DNA from: Spirochaetia bacterium
Lineage (GTDB): Bacteria; Spirochaetota; Spirochaetia; SP-2023
DNA length: 64,000 nt
NCBI GenBank assembly: GCA_965225855.1
Contig: CBDDCK010000005.1
Span: 1,568,001 to 1,632,000, forward strand
Reading direction: 5' to 3'
Below are positions 31,013 through 40,200 of this stretch, one piece after another. The first letter of the stretch is position 1. Each line of letters opens with the position of its first letter. Under the pieces are notes generated by a model. It was not told the origin of the DNA, searched no databases, and saw nothing but the letters and a program-made list of their open reading frames with translations. The translations under genes and the position numbers were made by a program.

Positions 31013-31264
31013 ATTTTCAAGACCTATAATATTATGCTGTGTCCATAATTCAGATATAATGAAATCTTGTCTAGTCCCCATGTTTGAAAAGCGCGTAAAT
31101 TGTGGTTAAACAGATACTTTTCAAACCGGGCAAATCCCGTTTACAAAGTGATGAGGCAAAAATATGGGAGAAAATAAGAATTTTCTTGACAGATGGTCAA
31201 ACCTGTGCAATGATAATAGAATATTGTACTTTAGCTTGTAATTTAAAAGGAATCTTAGAGTTTT

Positions 31265-32044
31265 ATGAAGAAAAATATACTGGAGAAGATGCGTTTAGAT
31301 GGAAAAGTTGCTTTTATAACTGGAGGGGCGGGAGGTATCGGTTACAGTATTGCCATAGCATTGGCCGAAGCTGGTGCAGATGTAGCCATTATAGATTTAG
31401 ATATAGCAAAGGCACAAAATGCTACTAAACAAATTCAATCGGAAACTGGTCGTAAGGTTATCGCTTATCAAGCTGATGTAACGAAAGAAACCGATGTGCA
31501 GCAGGTTGTGGATTCTATTGTGCGAGATTTTGGCAAATTGGATATTGCTTTCTGTAATGCCGGTATCTGTATCAATACTAAGGCTGAAGAAATGAGCCTG
31601 GAATCTTGGAATCAAGTTTTATCCGTGAATTTGACTGGCGTTTTTTTAACAGCTCAAGCAGCAGGAAAGATAATGTTACAACAAGGCGGAGGCTCTATTA
31701 TCAATACAGCTTCTATGTCAGGCCATATTGTCAATGCACCTCAGCCGCAGTGTGCTTATAACGCTTCCAAAGCAGGAGTTATTCAGCTTACCAAATCCCT
31801 AGCAGTAGAGTGGGCAGAAAGGAATGTCCGGGTGAATTGTATTAGCCCTGGCTATATCAATACAGAGCTTAATTCTAGGGAATATTTGAAATCTTTAGTA
31901 AATCAATGGAAGCAGTTCACACCGCTACATCGTTTAGGCAAGCCGGAAGAATTGCAGGCCATTGCGCTATATTTGGCGGGTGATGCCAGTTCTTTTACTA
32001 CAGGTTCTGATTTTGTAATAGACGGTGCGTTTACTTGTATTTAA
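31265..32044 (+). CDS. Short-chain dehydrogenase/reductase (polyol/sugar dehydrogenase-like)
   Basis: TGGAGGIG, NAGI, SMSG...QCAYNASK (YxxxK), NCISPGY. Confidence 0.92.
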   Translation: MKKNILEKMRLDGKVAFITGGAGGIGYSIAIALAEAGADVAIIDLDIAKAQNATKQIQSETGRKVIAYQADVTKETDVQQVVDSIVRDFGKLDIAFCNAGICINTKAEEMSLESWNQVLSVNLTGVFLTAQAAGKIMLQQGGGSIINTASMSGHIVNAPQPQCAYNASKAGVIQLTKSLAVEWAERNVRVNCISPGYINTELNSREYLKSLVNQWKQFTPLHRLGKPEELQAIALYLAGDASSFTTGSDFVIDGAFTCI

Positions 32045-32107
32045 CAAATTATCCTATAGATATATTTTGAGGGCTAGTCCCTTATATTTTCCCATTGGAG
32101 GTTTATT

Positions 32108-33466
32108 ATGGGTACAACAAAAGTGGCTAGATGTATTCTAGCATTTTTACTGGCAATAACAGCCAGTTCGCTATTTGCTAGAGGTAGCAGTGGCAGTAAT
32201 AACCAAAAGCTGGTGGTAGCCACGGTCAACAATCCCGATATGGTGGTAATGAAAGAGTTGACCAAGCATTTCACCGAAAAAACTGGTATTGAAGTTCAAT
32301 ATGTGGTTATGCCTGAAAACGAGTTGCGCCAGAAAGTAACCCAAGATGTTGCTTTAGGTGCGGGGCAATTTGATATAGTTACGATTGGTGCTTACGAAGT
32401 TCCATTCTGGGCGGCAAATAATTGGATCGTTTCACTCGAACCACACTTCAAAAATATGAGTTCTGAAGAACAGTCAAGTTATGATCGCGATGATGTATTT
32501 GACGCAATACAAAGTGCCCTTAGCTCAAAAGAAGGCGAGCTACATGCTTTGCCGTTTTATGCGGAAGGTTCGATTATGTTATACCGCAAGGACTTGTTTA
32601 AACAAGCCGGACTATCCATGCCTAAAGAACCAACTTGGCAGCAAATCTATGACTTTGCCAAAGTTTTGCATAAACCCCAAGATGGCCGATACGGTATTGT
32701 ATTGCGTGGTTTGCCCGGCTGGGGTCAGAATATGGCTGTGTTTGGCAGCATGCTAAATGCTTTTGGTGCGCGTTGGTACGACTTAAATTGGAATCCCCAG
32801 TTTGACACCCCCGAAATGCGCAATGCTTGGGAATTTTACAAAAAGATTATCACCGATTACGGTGAGCCAGGTCCGACTTCAGTGGGTTTTACCGAAGCCT
32901 TTGCTCTGATGTCTGCCGGCAAGACCGCCATGTGGTATGATGCCAGTTCTGCCGCTGGCCCGCTAAAAAGAGGAGACTCTCAGGTAAAAGATAAAATTGG
33001 CTATGCCCTAGCACCAACGGATAAGAAGAAAAATACGACCTGGTTTTGGACGTGGTCTTTGGGTATAGAATCTGCCTCAAAAAATAAGGAGGCCGCTTTT
33101 AAGTTTATAACTTGGGCCACCAGTAAAGAATATATTGAGCTAGTCGGTAAAAACAAAGGCTGGGCAGCTCTACCTCCGGGCACCCGTACCTCTACTTATG
33201 AGAATCCCAAATACCGGCAGGCAGCAGAATTTGCTCAAATTACCTATGACTCCATTGCTAATGCAGATTACGATCAGTCCGCAATAGACCCCGTGCCCTA
33301 TAAAGGAATACAGTATGTCTCCATTCCGGAATTTCAGGGATTGGGAGAGAAGGTTGCCCAAGAATTGGCAGCATATCTTTCCAATACAAAAAGTCTGGAC
33401 GATGCGCTAGCAGCATCGCAACAAGCAGCTTTGGAAGTTGCTCAAAATGGTGGCTATCAGAAATAA
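32108..33466 (+). CDS. Sugar/polyol ABC transporter substrate-binding protein (SmoE/MtlE-like)
   Basis: ATVNNPDM, ENELRQKVTQD, LRGLPGWGQN, PVPYKGIQYVSIPEFQGLG. Confidence 0.9.
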   Translation: MGTTKVARCILAFLLAITASSLFARGSSGSNNQKLVVATVNNPDMVVMKELTKHFTEKTGIEVQYVVMPENELRQKVTQDVALGAGQFDIVTIGAYEVPFWAANNWIVSLEPHFKNMSSEEQSSYDRDDVFDAIQSALSSKEGELHALPFYAEGSIMLYRKDLFKQAGLSMPKEPTWQQIYDFAKVLHKPQDGRYGIVLRGLPGWGQNMAVFGSMLNAFGARWYDLNWNPQFDTPEMRNAWEFYKKIITDYGEPGPTSVGFTEAFALMSAGKTAMWYDASSAAGPLKRGDSQVKDKIGYALAPTDKKKNTTWFWTWSLGIESASKNKEAAFKFITWATSKEYIELVGKNKGWAALPPGTRTSTYENPKYRQAAEFAQITYDSIANADYDQSAIDPVPYKGIQYVSIPEFQGLGEKVAQELAAYLSNTKSLDDALAASQQAALEVAQNGGYQK

Positions 33467-33478
33467 CAGGATAACTGT

Positions 33479-34345
33479 ATGAGAGAAAATAGACCCCAAT
33501 TTTGGTTGATCTTACCTGCAATTACAATTGTGGCTCTGATCACCCAGGGGCTATTCTTAGGGACGATTATATTAAGTACCTTGAAATGGAATTTAATTCG
33601 TCCAGATTTGGGGATAGATTTTATTGGCATAAGTAATTTTATTAAATTATTTACTAACTTTGAAATATATCAAATTTTTTGGAATACATTAAGGCTAGGT
33701 ACAATCGCATTATTCTTTTGTTTTTGGCTTGGTTTGGGCATTGCTTTAATGCTCAATCAGGAGTTCTGGGGAGTTCACGTTTTGCGTGGACTGATACTAA
33801 TACCATTTTTTATAACAGATGTAGCTACTGGGATTATATTTAAAACTTTAATCTTGCATCCTTCGTTTGGTATTTTAGGCTATATTGCAGGACAGTTAGG
33901 GACTGCGCCTCTCGATTTTATGGGACGTTATGCTGCATTTTCAGTAGTGGGATTAATAATTTGGCAATGGACTCCGTTTTTTGTGTTGGTATTACTGGCT
34001 GGTTTGCAAGGCTTAGATACAGAGCTTATACAAAGTGCTAGGATAGATGGTGCCAGTAGGTTACGGACTTTATTTCATATAACAATTCCCTATATCTGGC
34101 ACCAGATTGAAGTTGTTGTAATGCTTGGTACTATCTTCATTTTGAAAATATTTGGTTTGATTTATGTAACCACTTCGGGAGGGCCTGGAATTAGTACGAC
34201 AACCCTGCCATATATTGTATTTAAAGTGAATTTGTTTAAATGGGAAATTGGTGAGGCTGCTAGTTATTCTGTTCTTACTGTAATACTTACATTATTTCTA
34301 CTGACGTCTTTATATAAATTCTTTCAAAATAGGCACTGGAGATAA
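33479..34345 (+). CDS. Carbohydrate ABC transporter permease
   Basis: WQWTPF...EAA-like SARIDGA loop, TSGGPG. Confidence 0.9.
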   Translation: MRENRPQFWLILPAITIVALITQGLFLGTIILSTLKWNLIRPDLGIDFIGISNFIKLFTNFEIYQIFWNTLRLGTIALFFCFWLGLGIALMLNQEFWGVHVLRGLILIPFFITDVATGIIFKTLILHPSFGILGYIAGQLGTAPLDFMGRYAAFSVVGLIIWQWTPFFVLVLLAGLQGLDTELIQSARIDGASRLRTLFHITIPYIWHQIEVVVMLGTIFILKIFGLIYVTTSGGPGISTTTLPYIVFKVNLFKWEIGEAASYSVLTVILTLFLLTSLYKFFQNRHWR

Positions 34346-34356
34346 AGAAATTTCCA

Positions 34357-35169
34357 ATGAGTAAACCTAGAACCATATTCTTGGCAATATTTAGTTTTAT
34401 TGTTGTTTTATTTTGGATATTTCCATTTTTTTACATTTTTATCACCAGTTTCAAAACAGAAGAGACTGTCGTTCCTCCCAGCCTCTGGATTAAAAGTTTC
34501 ACCTTAGAAAATTATACTGCCGTACTTGATAAAGAGATATTCTTCTTCCTTGGCAATTCTCTAGTTATTACCATATCTTCGGTAATATTTAGCATTTTGC
34601 TTGGTATTCCAGTTTCTTACAGCATTGTGTTTGGTAACATAAAAAAGCCTAATAATCTTTATTTTTGGTTTCTGTCTACATTTATCCTTCCTCCTGTAGC
34701 CGTGTTGATTCCAGCTACAGTAATTTTGAAAAACCTAGGCTTATTAGACACCCAAATTGGTTTAATTACTATGTATACTGGAACACACATGGCAATAATT
34801 ATATGGCTAATTACGACGTTTTTTCGAGATGTTCCCAAAGAATTGTTAGAAGCGGCCACTATTGATGGGTCTTCCAAGTGGTATTCATTTTTCTCAATAA
34901 TCTTGCCAATGTCTCGAATGGGTGTTATATCGGCTGGACTCTTGACCTTTGTTTTCATATGGAATGAATCATTCTTTGCATTGAATCTCACTGGTTCCAG
35001 AGCCAATACATTACCCGTGTATATGTCTACATTTCTGACCCAGCAAGGTTTTTTCTGGGCTAGGCTTTCTGCTATATCGGTTGTTACGGTGTTACCAACA
35101 ATAATTTTAGGCATTCTTAGCCAAAAATCCTTGGTTAGGGGCCTAACTGCTGGCGCAGTAAAAGGATAA
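34357..35169 (+). CDS. Carbohydrate ABC transporter permease
   Basis: PKELLEAATIDG, FIWNE, GLTAGAVKG. Confidence 0.92.
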   Translation: MSKPRTIFLAIFSFIVVLFWIFPFFYIFITSFKTEETVVPPSLWIKSFTLENYTAVLDKEIFFFLGNSLVITISSVIFSILLGIPVSYSIVFGNIKKPNNLYFWFLSTFILPPVAVLIPATVILKNLGLLDTQIGLITMYTGTHMAIIIWLITTFFRDVPKELLEAATIDGSSKWYSFFSIILPMSRMGVISAGLLTFVFIWNESFFALNLTGSRANTLPVYMSTFLTQQGFFWARLSAISVVTVLPTIILGILSQKSLVRGLTAGAVKG

Positions 35170-35229
35170 ATTTACTTCATTGAAAAGTGTAAAATTTTTA
35201 TCTTTCGATTTGAAATAAGATGAAGCCAT

Positions 35230-35755
35230 CTATTCAGGTAAGTCTAACCATTTTAGCGGTATTTCATTAAAGAGATAATGGCAATTCATACTATCAATAT
35301 AATTGAGTGTATCTTTATAGGATTCTTGTTTGAACCAATCATTTAATATATATACATATTCGACTTTCCAACCAAGTCCTTTGACTAATTTTGAATATTG
35401 TTTTCTTTTAAAATCACAAGTTTGTAATTTTTCATCAACGGAACCTGCAGCTTCTTGAAATTTAATTTCGATGATAAACAATGTATTTCTTATAACTAGA
35501 CCATTATCAGGTAATAATTGCTTAGAAAGAATGGTTTTCCAATCGACATCAAATTCAGCAAGAAATCTATAAAACTCGTGTTTTTTGCAACAACGAGCGA
35601 CCTCTTTATTGTTGTAATATATATACTCCCGAGTTATTGGTAGTATTTTTGATAGTGTATCGATCTATTTCTTTCAAAAGTGTAATTAAATCCACTCTTT
35701 CTTCAAACTTTAATCCTGATTGTGTATTGCCACCGCCTTTTGCATTTTTAATCAT
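35230..35755 (-). pseudogene. PD-(D/E)XK restriction-endonuclease-like gene, frameshifted at a TA dinucleotide run (35617..35625)
   Basis: ATG at 35755 (GAGGAG RBS) reads MIKNAKGGGNTQSGLKFE...GVYI and then stops; the second frame continues YNNKEVARC...LLPDN...IIEIKFQ...SVDEKLQTCDFK. Confidence 0.8.
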
Positions 35756-35764
35756 AAAAACTCC

Positions 35765-36649
35765 TCAATTTGAAATCAATAGTTCTGTTAGCTGTCCTCT
35801 TTTCAAAGCATTAGAGTTAATACTTCTTTTTGCAATTACTCTATCAATTTTATAGTCAGAAAATAAATCATCAAAAAAATTATCATTTGTATTTACATTC
35901 TTCATATCTGAATTACTTAAAATCCATTTAGAGTTTAAGGTATCTAATTTATCACAAAACAACTTTAATCTATATTGTTCATCATCATTAAATTCATCTT
36001 TGCTATAAGTATTAAAATTTGATGTTTTAGACAAAGGTCTGTAGGGAGGATCGAAATAGAATAAAACATCATGATTTACATATTGCATTGTTTGCTCAAA
36101 GTCTCCTGACAAAATTTTTACTTTTTGTAAGGATTCATAAACAGCCAAAAGATTGCTCTCATCACAAATCATTGGCTTTTTATAACTTCCAATAGGCACA
36201 TTAAATTCATTATTTTTATTAACTCTATACAAACCATTAAAACAAGTTCTATTTAAAAAAATGAATAAAGCCGTTTGGATTGTTGGCTCACAAACACGTG
36301 CATTAAAAAGCTGTCGTTTATTGTAGTAATAGGCTTTTTTTTCTTTGGTTTTATCCAATAAAAAGTGGTATTCTTGCTCATATTGTTTGAGAATAAGTAT
36401 TACATCTTTAATAGTTGATTGAATGGTTCTATATGTGTCTATAAGATCATAATTTATATCGTTAATGACTATCGATTTTACATTAGGAAAATTATTTAAA
36501 ATCCAAAAGAGTACAGCCCCACTTCCAACAAATGGCTCAACATAAGAAAATATATCATATTTTTTATAGGGGAATTTACTTTCAATGTCGTCCAAAAGCT
36601 GGGTTTTCCCTCCTGCCCATTTTAGAAATGGTTTTACTGTTTTAATCAT
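35765..36649 (-). CDS. Dam/DpnM-family DNA adenine methyltransferase
   Basis: KPFLKWAGGK, EPFVGSG, LNRTCFNGLYRVN, YFDPPY. Confidence 0.95.
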   Translation of the reverse strand: MIKTVKPFLKWAGGKTQLLDDIESKFPYKKYDIFSYVEPFVGSGAVLFWILNNFPNVKSIVINDINYDLIDTYRTIQSTIKDVILILKQYEQEYHFLLDKTKEKKAYYYNKRQLFNARVCEPTIQTALFIFLNRTCFNGLYRVNKNNEFNVPIGSYKKPMICDESNLLAVYESLQKVKILSGDFEQTMQYVNHDVLFYFDPPYRPLSKTSNFNTYSKDEFNDDEQYRLKLFCDKLDTLNSKWILSNSDMKNVNTNDNFFDDLFSDYKIDRVIAKRSINSNALKRGQLTELLISN

Positions 36650-36759
36650 ATCTTAAGCTCATATCGTGAATGAATAATAATTTTTTTGAAGGTGTGCCGG
36701 TTTTTACCTGCGCTTTTTTGTGTCTTTTTGATTTGGTTTTCTGAAACTTTCTTCATAAA

Positions 36760-37095
36760 TTATTCCTCTATCTCTGCAATGATAACGTCAATATTGCTAC
36801 GCAGTTGGTCAATTTTGGCAACGGCTGTTTTGATCTCGGTATTAAACTTCGTGAATATTGATTTTTGGGTGTCTTTATTGTACATAGGAGCTAACGGATA
36901 TGTTATAGTCGTTATTGACAATATTATGATGGGGTAACCACTTTGCGCTGTGGTCGCTGTCTTTCTTATCATTAAATATAGCGATGATTTTTGCAATGTG
37001 TTCATCGTTTATAATATTAGTTGTTAGTGGTTTTAAAAACCTTCACTTCTAGCATCGATAAATTGGGTGTTTGTGTCTATTTTTGTCTAAAGCCG
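36760..37095 (-). pseudogene. Degraded 3' fragment of a type I restriction-modification HsdM
   Basis: Across frames: DEHIAKII...NDYNISVSSYVQ* and ...EIKTAVAKIDQLRSNIDVIIAEIEE, a typical HsdM C-terminus. Confidence 0.7.
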
Positions 37096-37393
37096 ATATT
37101 TTAAATCATTATCATATTTATTGTAAAGCTCTTTGATACTCAAAAATAAATACCCAATGCCCAAAATAGTCGAACAAACTATCCCCAAAACCATAACCCA
37201 AACGATACCTAATCAAAGTAATATAATACGACTAGGTACGTCAATACAATAGACTTGGGTACAGTAAATATAATAGACTTGGGTAAGATATTTTAGGCTT
37301 GCCCAGTTTGGGCTTGCAAAAGGTTTGTGTTTTTGCAATATTTACTTTTCATTTCCCATAATTTCCCAGCCCCCATTATGAAAGAGAAATTCT

Positions 37394-39394
37394 ATGAAAA
37401 AATTTGAAGTTGTTGCACCTTATCAGCCGGCAGGAGACCAACCCCAAGCTATTGAACAGCTTGTTGCCAGTGTGAAAAATGGCCATTGTTTTCAGACTTT
37501 ACTGGGCGTTACAGGTTCGGGCAAAACATACACCACAGCCAAAGCAATTGAACAATTGCAACGCCCAACGTTAGTGTTATCACACAACAAAACGTTGGCA
37601 GCTCAGCTCTACCGCGAATTTAAAGAATTTTTCCCTCACAATGCAGTAGAATATTTTATTTCGTACTACGATTATTTCCAGCCCGAAGCCTATGTTCCCA
37701 CCCGCGATCTGTATATTGAGAAAGAAATTGATATTAACAAAGAAATAGAGCGTATGCGGCTCTCAGCTACTATGGCTTTAATGGAACGGCGCGATGTGAT
37801 TATTGTCGCCTCTGTTTCTTGCATCTATGGTTTGGGCAACCCTAGCGATTTTAAAGAAATGCGCATTCTCTTGGAAGTTGGCCAAGAATTGGATATTGAG
37901 GCCTTACTGCGGGGCTTAGTTGATTTACAATATGAGCGGCAGCGCGAACTACTAGAGCGAGGCCAATTCCGCAAACGCGGTGATGTGCTCGATATTTTTC
38001 CAGCATACATGGAGGATTATTATCGCTTGGAGTTTGAGTGGGACGAACTCGTTTCCATTCGGCGTATGCACGCCATCAATCACATCGCAGAAGAGCAGCT
38101 AGAAGAATTGACGATTTACCCCGCTACTCATTTTGCCGTACCACCGCACCGTTTGAAAAAGGCCATTCAGCTAGCTAAGGAAGAATTAGCCCTGTGCTTA
38201 GCCGCATTACAAGCTCAAGGGAAAACATTGGAAGCCCAGCGCCTGAAAACGCGAACCATTTACGATTTAGAAATGATGGAAGAAATGGGCACCTGCAAGG
38301 GGATTGAAAATTATTCGCGGCATTTGACTGGGCGCAAAGAAGGGGAAGCCCCCGATGTTTTAATCGATTATTTTCCCGATGATTTTTTGATGGTCATTGA
38401 TGAGTCCCACGTAACTTTGGGGCAAGTGCAGGCCATGTACAACGGTGATCGTGCCCGCAAGAAAAATCTTGTAGAATATGGTTTTCGCCTTCCTTCCGCC
38501 TTGGATAACCGCCCCCTTCAGTATGATGAATTTTGGAAACGTTGTAAGCAGACGGTATTCATCAGTGCAACCCCGGGAGCAGAGGAACGCAAAAATTCGG
38601 CTATGATTGCCGAGCAAATTATTCGGCCCACTGGATTGCTGGACCCGATTATCCACGTGCGCCCCAGCGATGGCCAAATTGACGATTTATATAGTGAAAT
38701 TCAAAAACGCATCACCAGAAAAGAGCGCAGTTTAGTTACGACTTTAACCAAAAAAATGGCCGAGCATTTATCGGACTACTTGCTGAATATGGGAATTAAG
38801 TGCCAATGGCTGCATTCGGAGTTGGACGCCATTGAACGAGTGGAAATTATCCAAAAATTGCGCAGTGGCTTTTTTGATGTACTGGTGGGAGTTAATTTAT
38901 TGCGAGAAGGCTTGGATATTCCCGAGGTTTCCTTAGTTGCCATTTTAGATGCGGAAAAAATCGGCTTTTTGCGTTCGGCTACCAGCTTGATTCAAATTGT
39001 AGGCCGAGCAGCGCGCAATGCAGCTGGTGTGGTGATTATGTATGCCGATCGCAATTCTGATGCTATGGATGTTTGCATTCAGGAAACGCTGCGCCGCAGG
39101 GAATTGCAACAACAATACAATGAGGAACATGGCATAACACCCAAAACAATCCAGAAAAATATTCAAGCCATTTTAGAAAGGCACTTAACGGAAAAAGAAC
39201 AAAGCGTTGGCGAAAATGTAGCGATCATGCGCAAAAATACCAATTTACTAGATACCAAACAGCGTAACAATTTAGTCAAAACACTAGAACGGGAAATGTT
39301 GGAAAAAGCCAAAAATTTGGAATTTGAAGAGGCTGCACTATTGCGCGATGAGATAGAAAAACTAAAAGGCTCGGCCTTATATTCTGAATCCTAA
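37394..39394 (+). CDS. uvrB: Excinuclease ABC subunit B
   Basis: PAGDQPQAI, GVTGSGKT, HNKTLAAQL, DESH, GFRLPSALDNRPL, C-terminal UVR domain. Confidence 0.98.
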   Translation: MKKFEVVAPYQPAGDQPQAIEQLVASVKNGHCFQTLLGVTGSGKTYTTAKAIEQLQRPTLVLSHNKTLAAQLYREFKEFFPHNAVEYFISYYDYFQPEAYVPTRDLYIEKEIDINKEIERMRLSATMALMERRDVIIVASVSCIYGLGNPSDFKEMRILLEVGQELDIEALLRGLVDLQYERQRELLERGQFRKRGDVLDIFPAYMEDYYRLEFEWDELVSIRRMHAINHIAEEQLEELTIYPATHFAVPPHRLKKAIQLAKEELALCLAALQAQGKTLEAQRLKTRTIYDLEMMEEMGTCKGIENYSRHLTGRKEGEAPDVLIDYFPDDFLMVIDESHVTLGQVQAMYNGDRARKKNLVEYGFRLPSALDNRPLQYDEFWKRCKQTVFISATPGAEERKNSAMIAEQIIRPTGLLDPIIHVRPSDGQIDDLYSEIQKRITRKERSLVTTLTKKMAEHLSDYLLNMGIKCQWLHSELDAIERVEIIQKLRSGFFDVLVGVNLLREGLDIPEVSLVAILDAEKIGFLRSATSLIQIVGRAARNAAGVVIMYADRNSDAMDVCIQETLRRRELQQQYNEEHGITPKTIQKNIQAILERHLTEKEQSVGENVAIMRKNTNLLDTKQRNNLVKTLEREMLEKAKNLEFEEAALLRDEIEKLKGSALYSES

Positions 39395-39447
39395 ACAAGG
39401 GTTAGGTTGTAAATTTTATCATCTATACGTTTAGAAATATAGGGCTA

Positions 39448-39603
39448 TCAAAGTTTAATCAATCTCAAGATACCGATAACTAGGCCAATGCCTGTTGCTA
39501 TAAACCATTGCAACATTAAAAATCTTTTATCCATGTTCTGTTGAATAGCTTTAAAACACTTGCCGACTTGTTCAAAACGTTTATCTATTTGTGTTGCTAT
39601 CAA
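39448..39603 (-). pseudogene. Short coiled-coil (DKRFEQV-type) plus C-terminal TM ORF or remnant
   Basis: Hand translation: LIATQIDKRFEQVGKCFKAIQQNMDKRFLMLQWFIATGIGLVIGILRLIKL*. Confidence 0.5.
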
Positions 39604-39758
39604 CTTGGTTTGACCAAACCTAGTTGGTTATTTAACACAACAAAAAGTCTCTGTACTTGTAAAAGCAAATGTCAGTTTAGAGTGAAGATCATCTCCTCCA
39701 ACCAACACCCCACCCGATGATGATGATCGATCTTCTGGGCCGTCTGGGCCACCTATAT

Positions 39759-39852
39759 AATAGAATTGACCCAAATCTATCCATAGAATTACCTCCCACC
39801 TATTGATAGAATCGACCTAAATCTATTGATAGATTTACCTCCCACCTATTAA
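39759..39852 (-). repeat. Two copies of the 46-bp repeat also found at 60555..60733
   Basis: Reverse complement of AATAGGTGGGAGGTAAATCTA...TAGATTTRGGTCRATTCTAT. Confidence 0.85.
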
Positions 39853-40200
39853 TACCCTAGTCTTTAATGAACTTTTCTACATCGGCAATACGCAGTTTGC
39901 CGGATAGTGTAATCAAGTATTTTATTCAATTCTACACTTTCCCACTCCAAAGCAACAAACCCAAAACAATGTATGGCCAAAATTGTTTGCGTGAAGAGCC
40001 CCAGCTAAATACCCAGAAGCCCATATAGCCCAAGCTAAAGTACCCTAACACAAAAAAAGTGCCCAAACATAAAAAAAGCACAAAAAAACTTACAAAAAGC
40101 TTATATAGGCCTTGACGCAACACCCCCCTAGCAAAATAGGGATTTACACACTAGCCCGTATGGGTTGGCCAATCTTTATCCATTGTTGGAGGTATTGCTT

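Noticed and set aside
31102..31428. ORFs starting MVKQILFKPGKS (also 60645..60893)
   Set aside because: They share only the duplicated non-coding block and then run into unrelated sequence or overlap the SDR gene.
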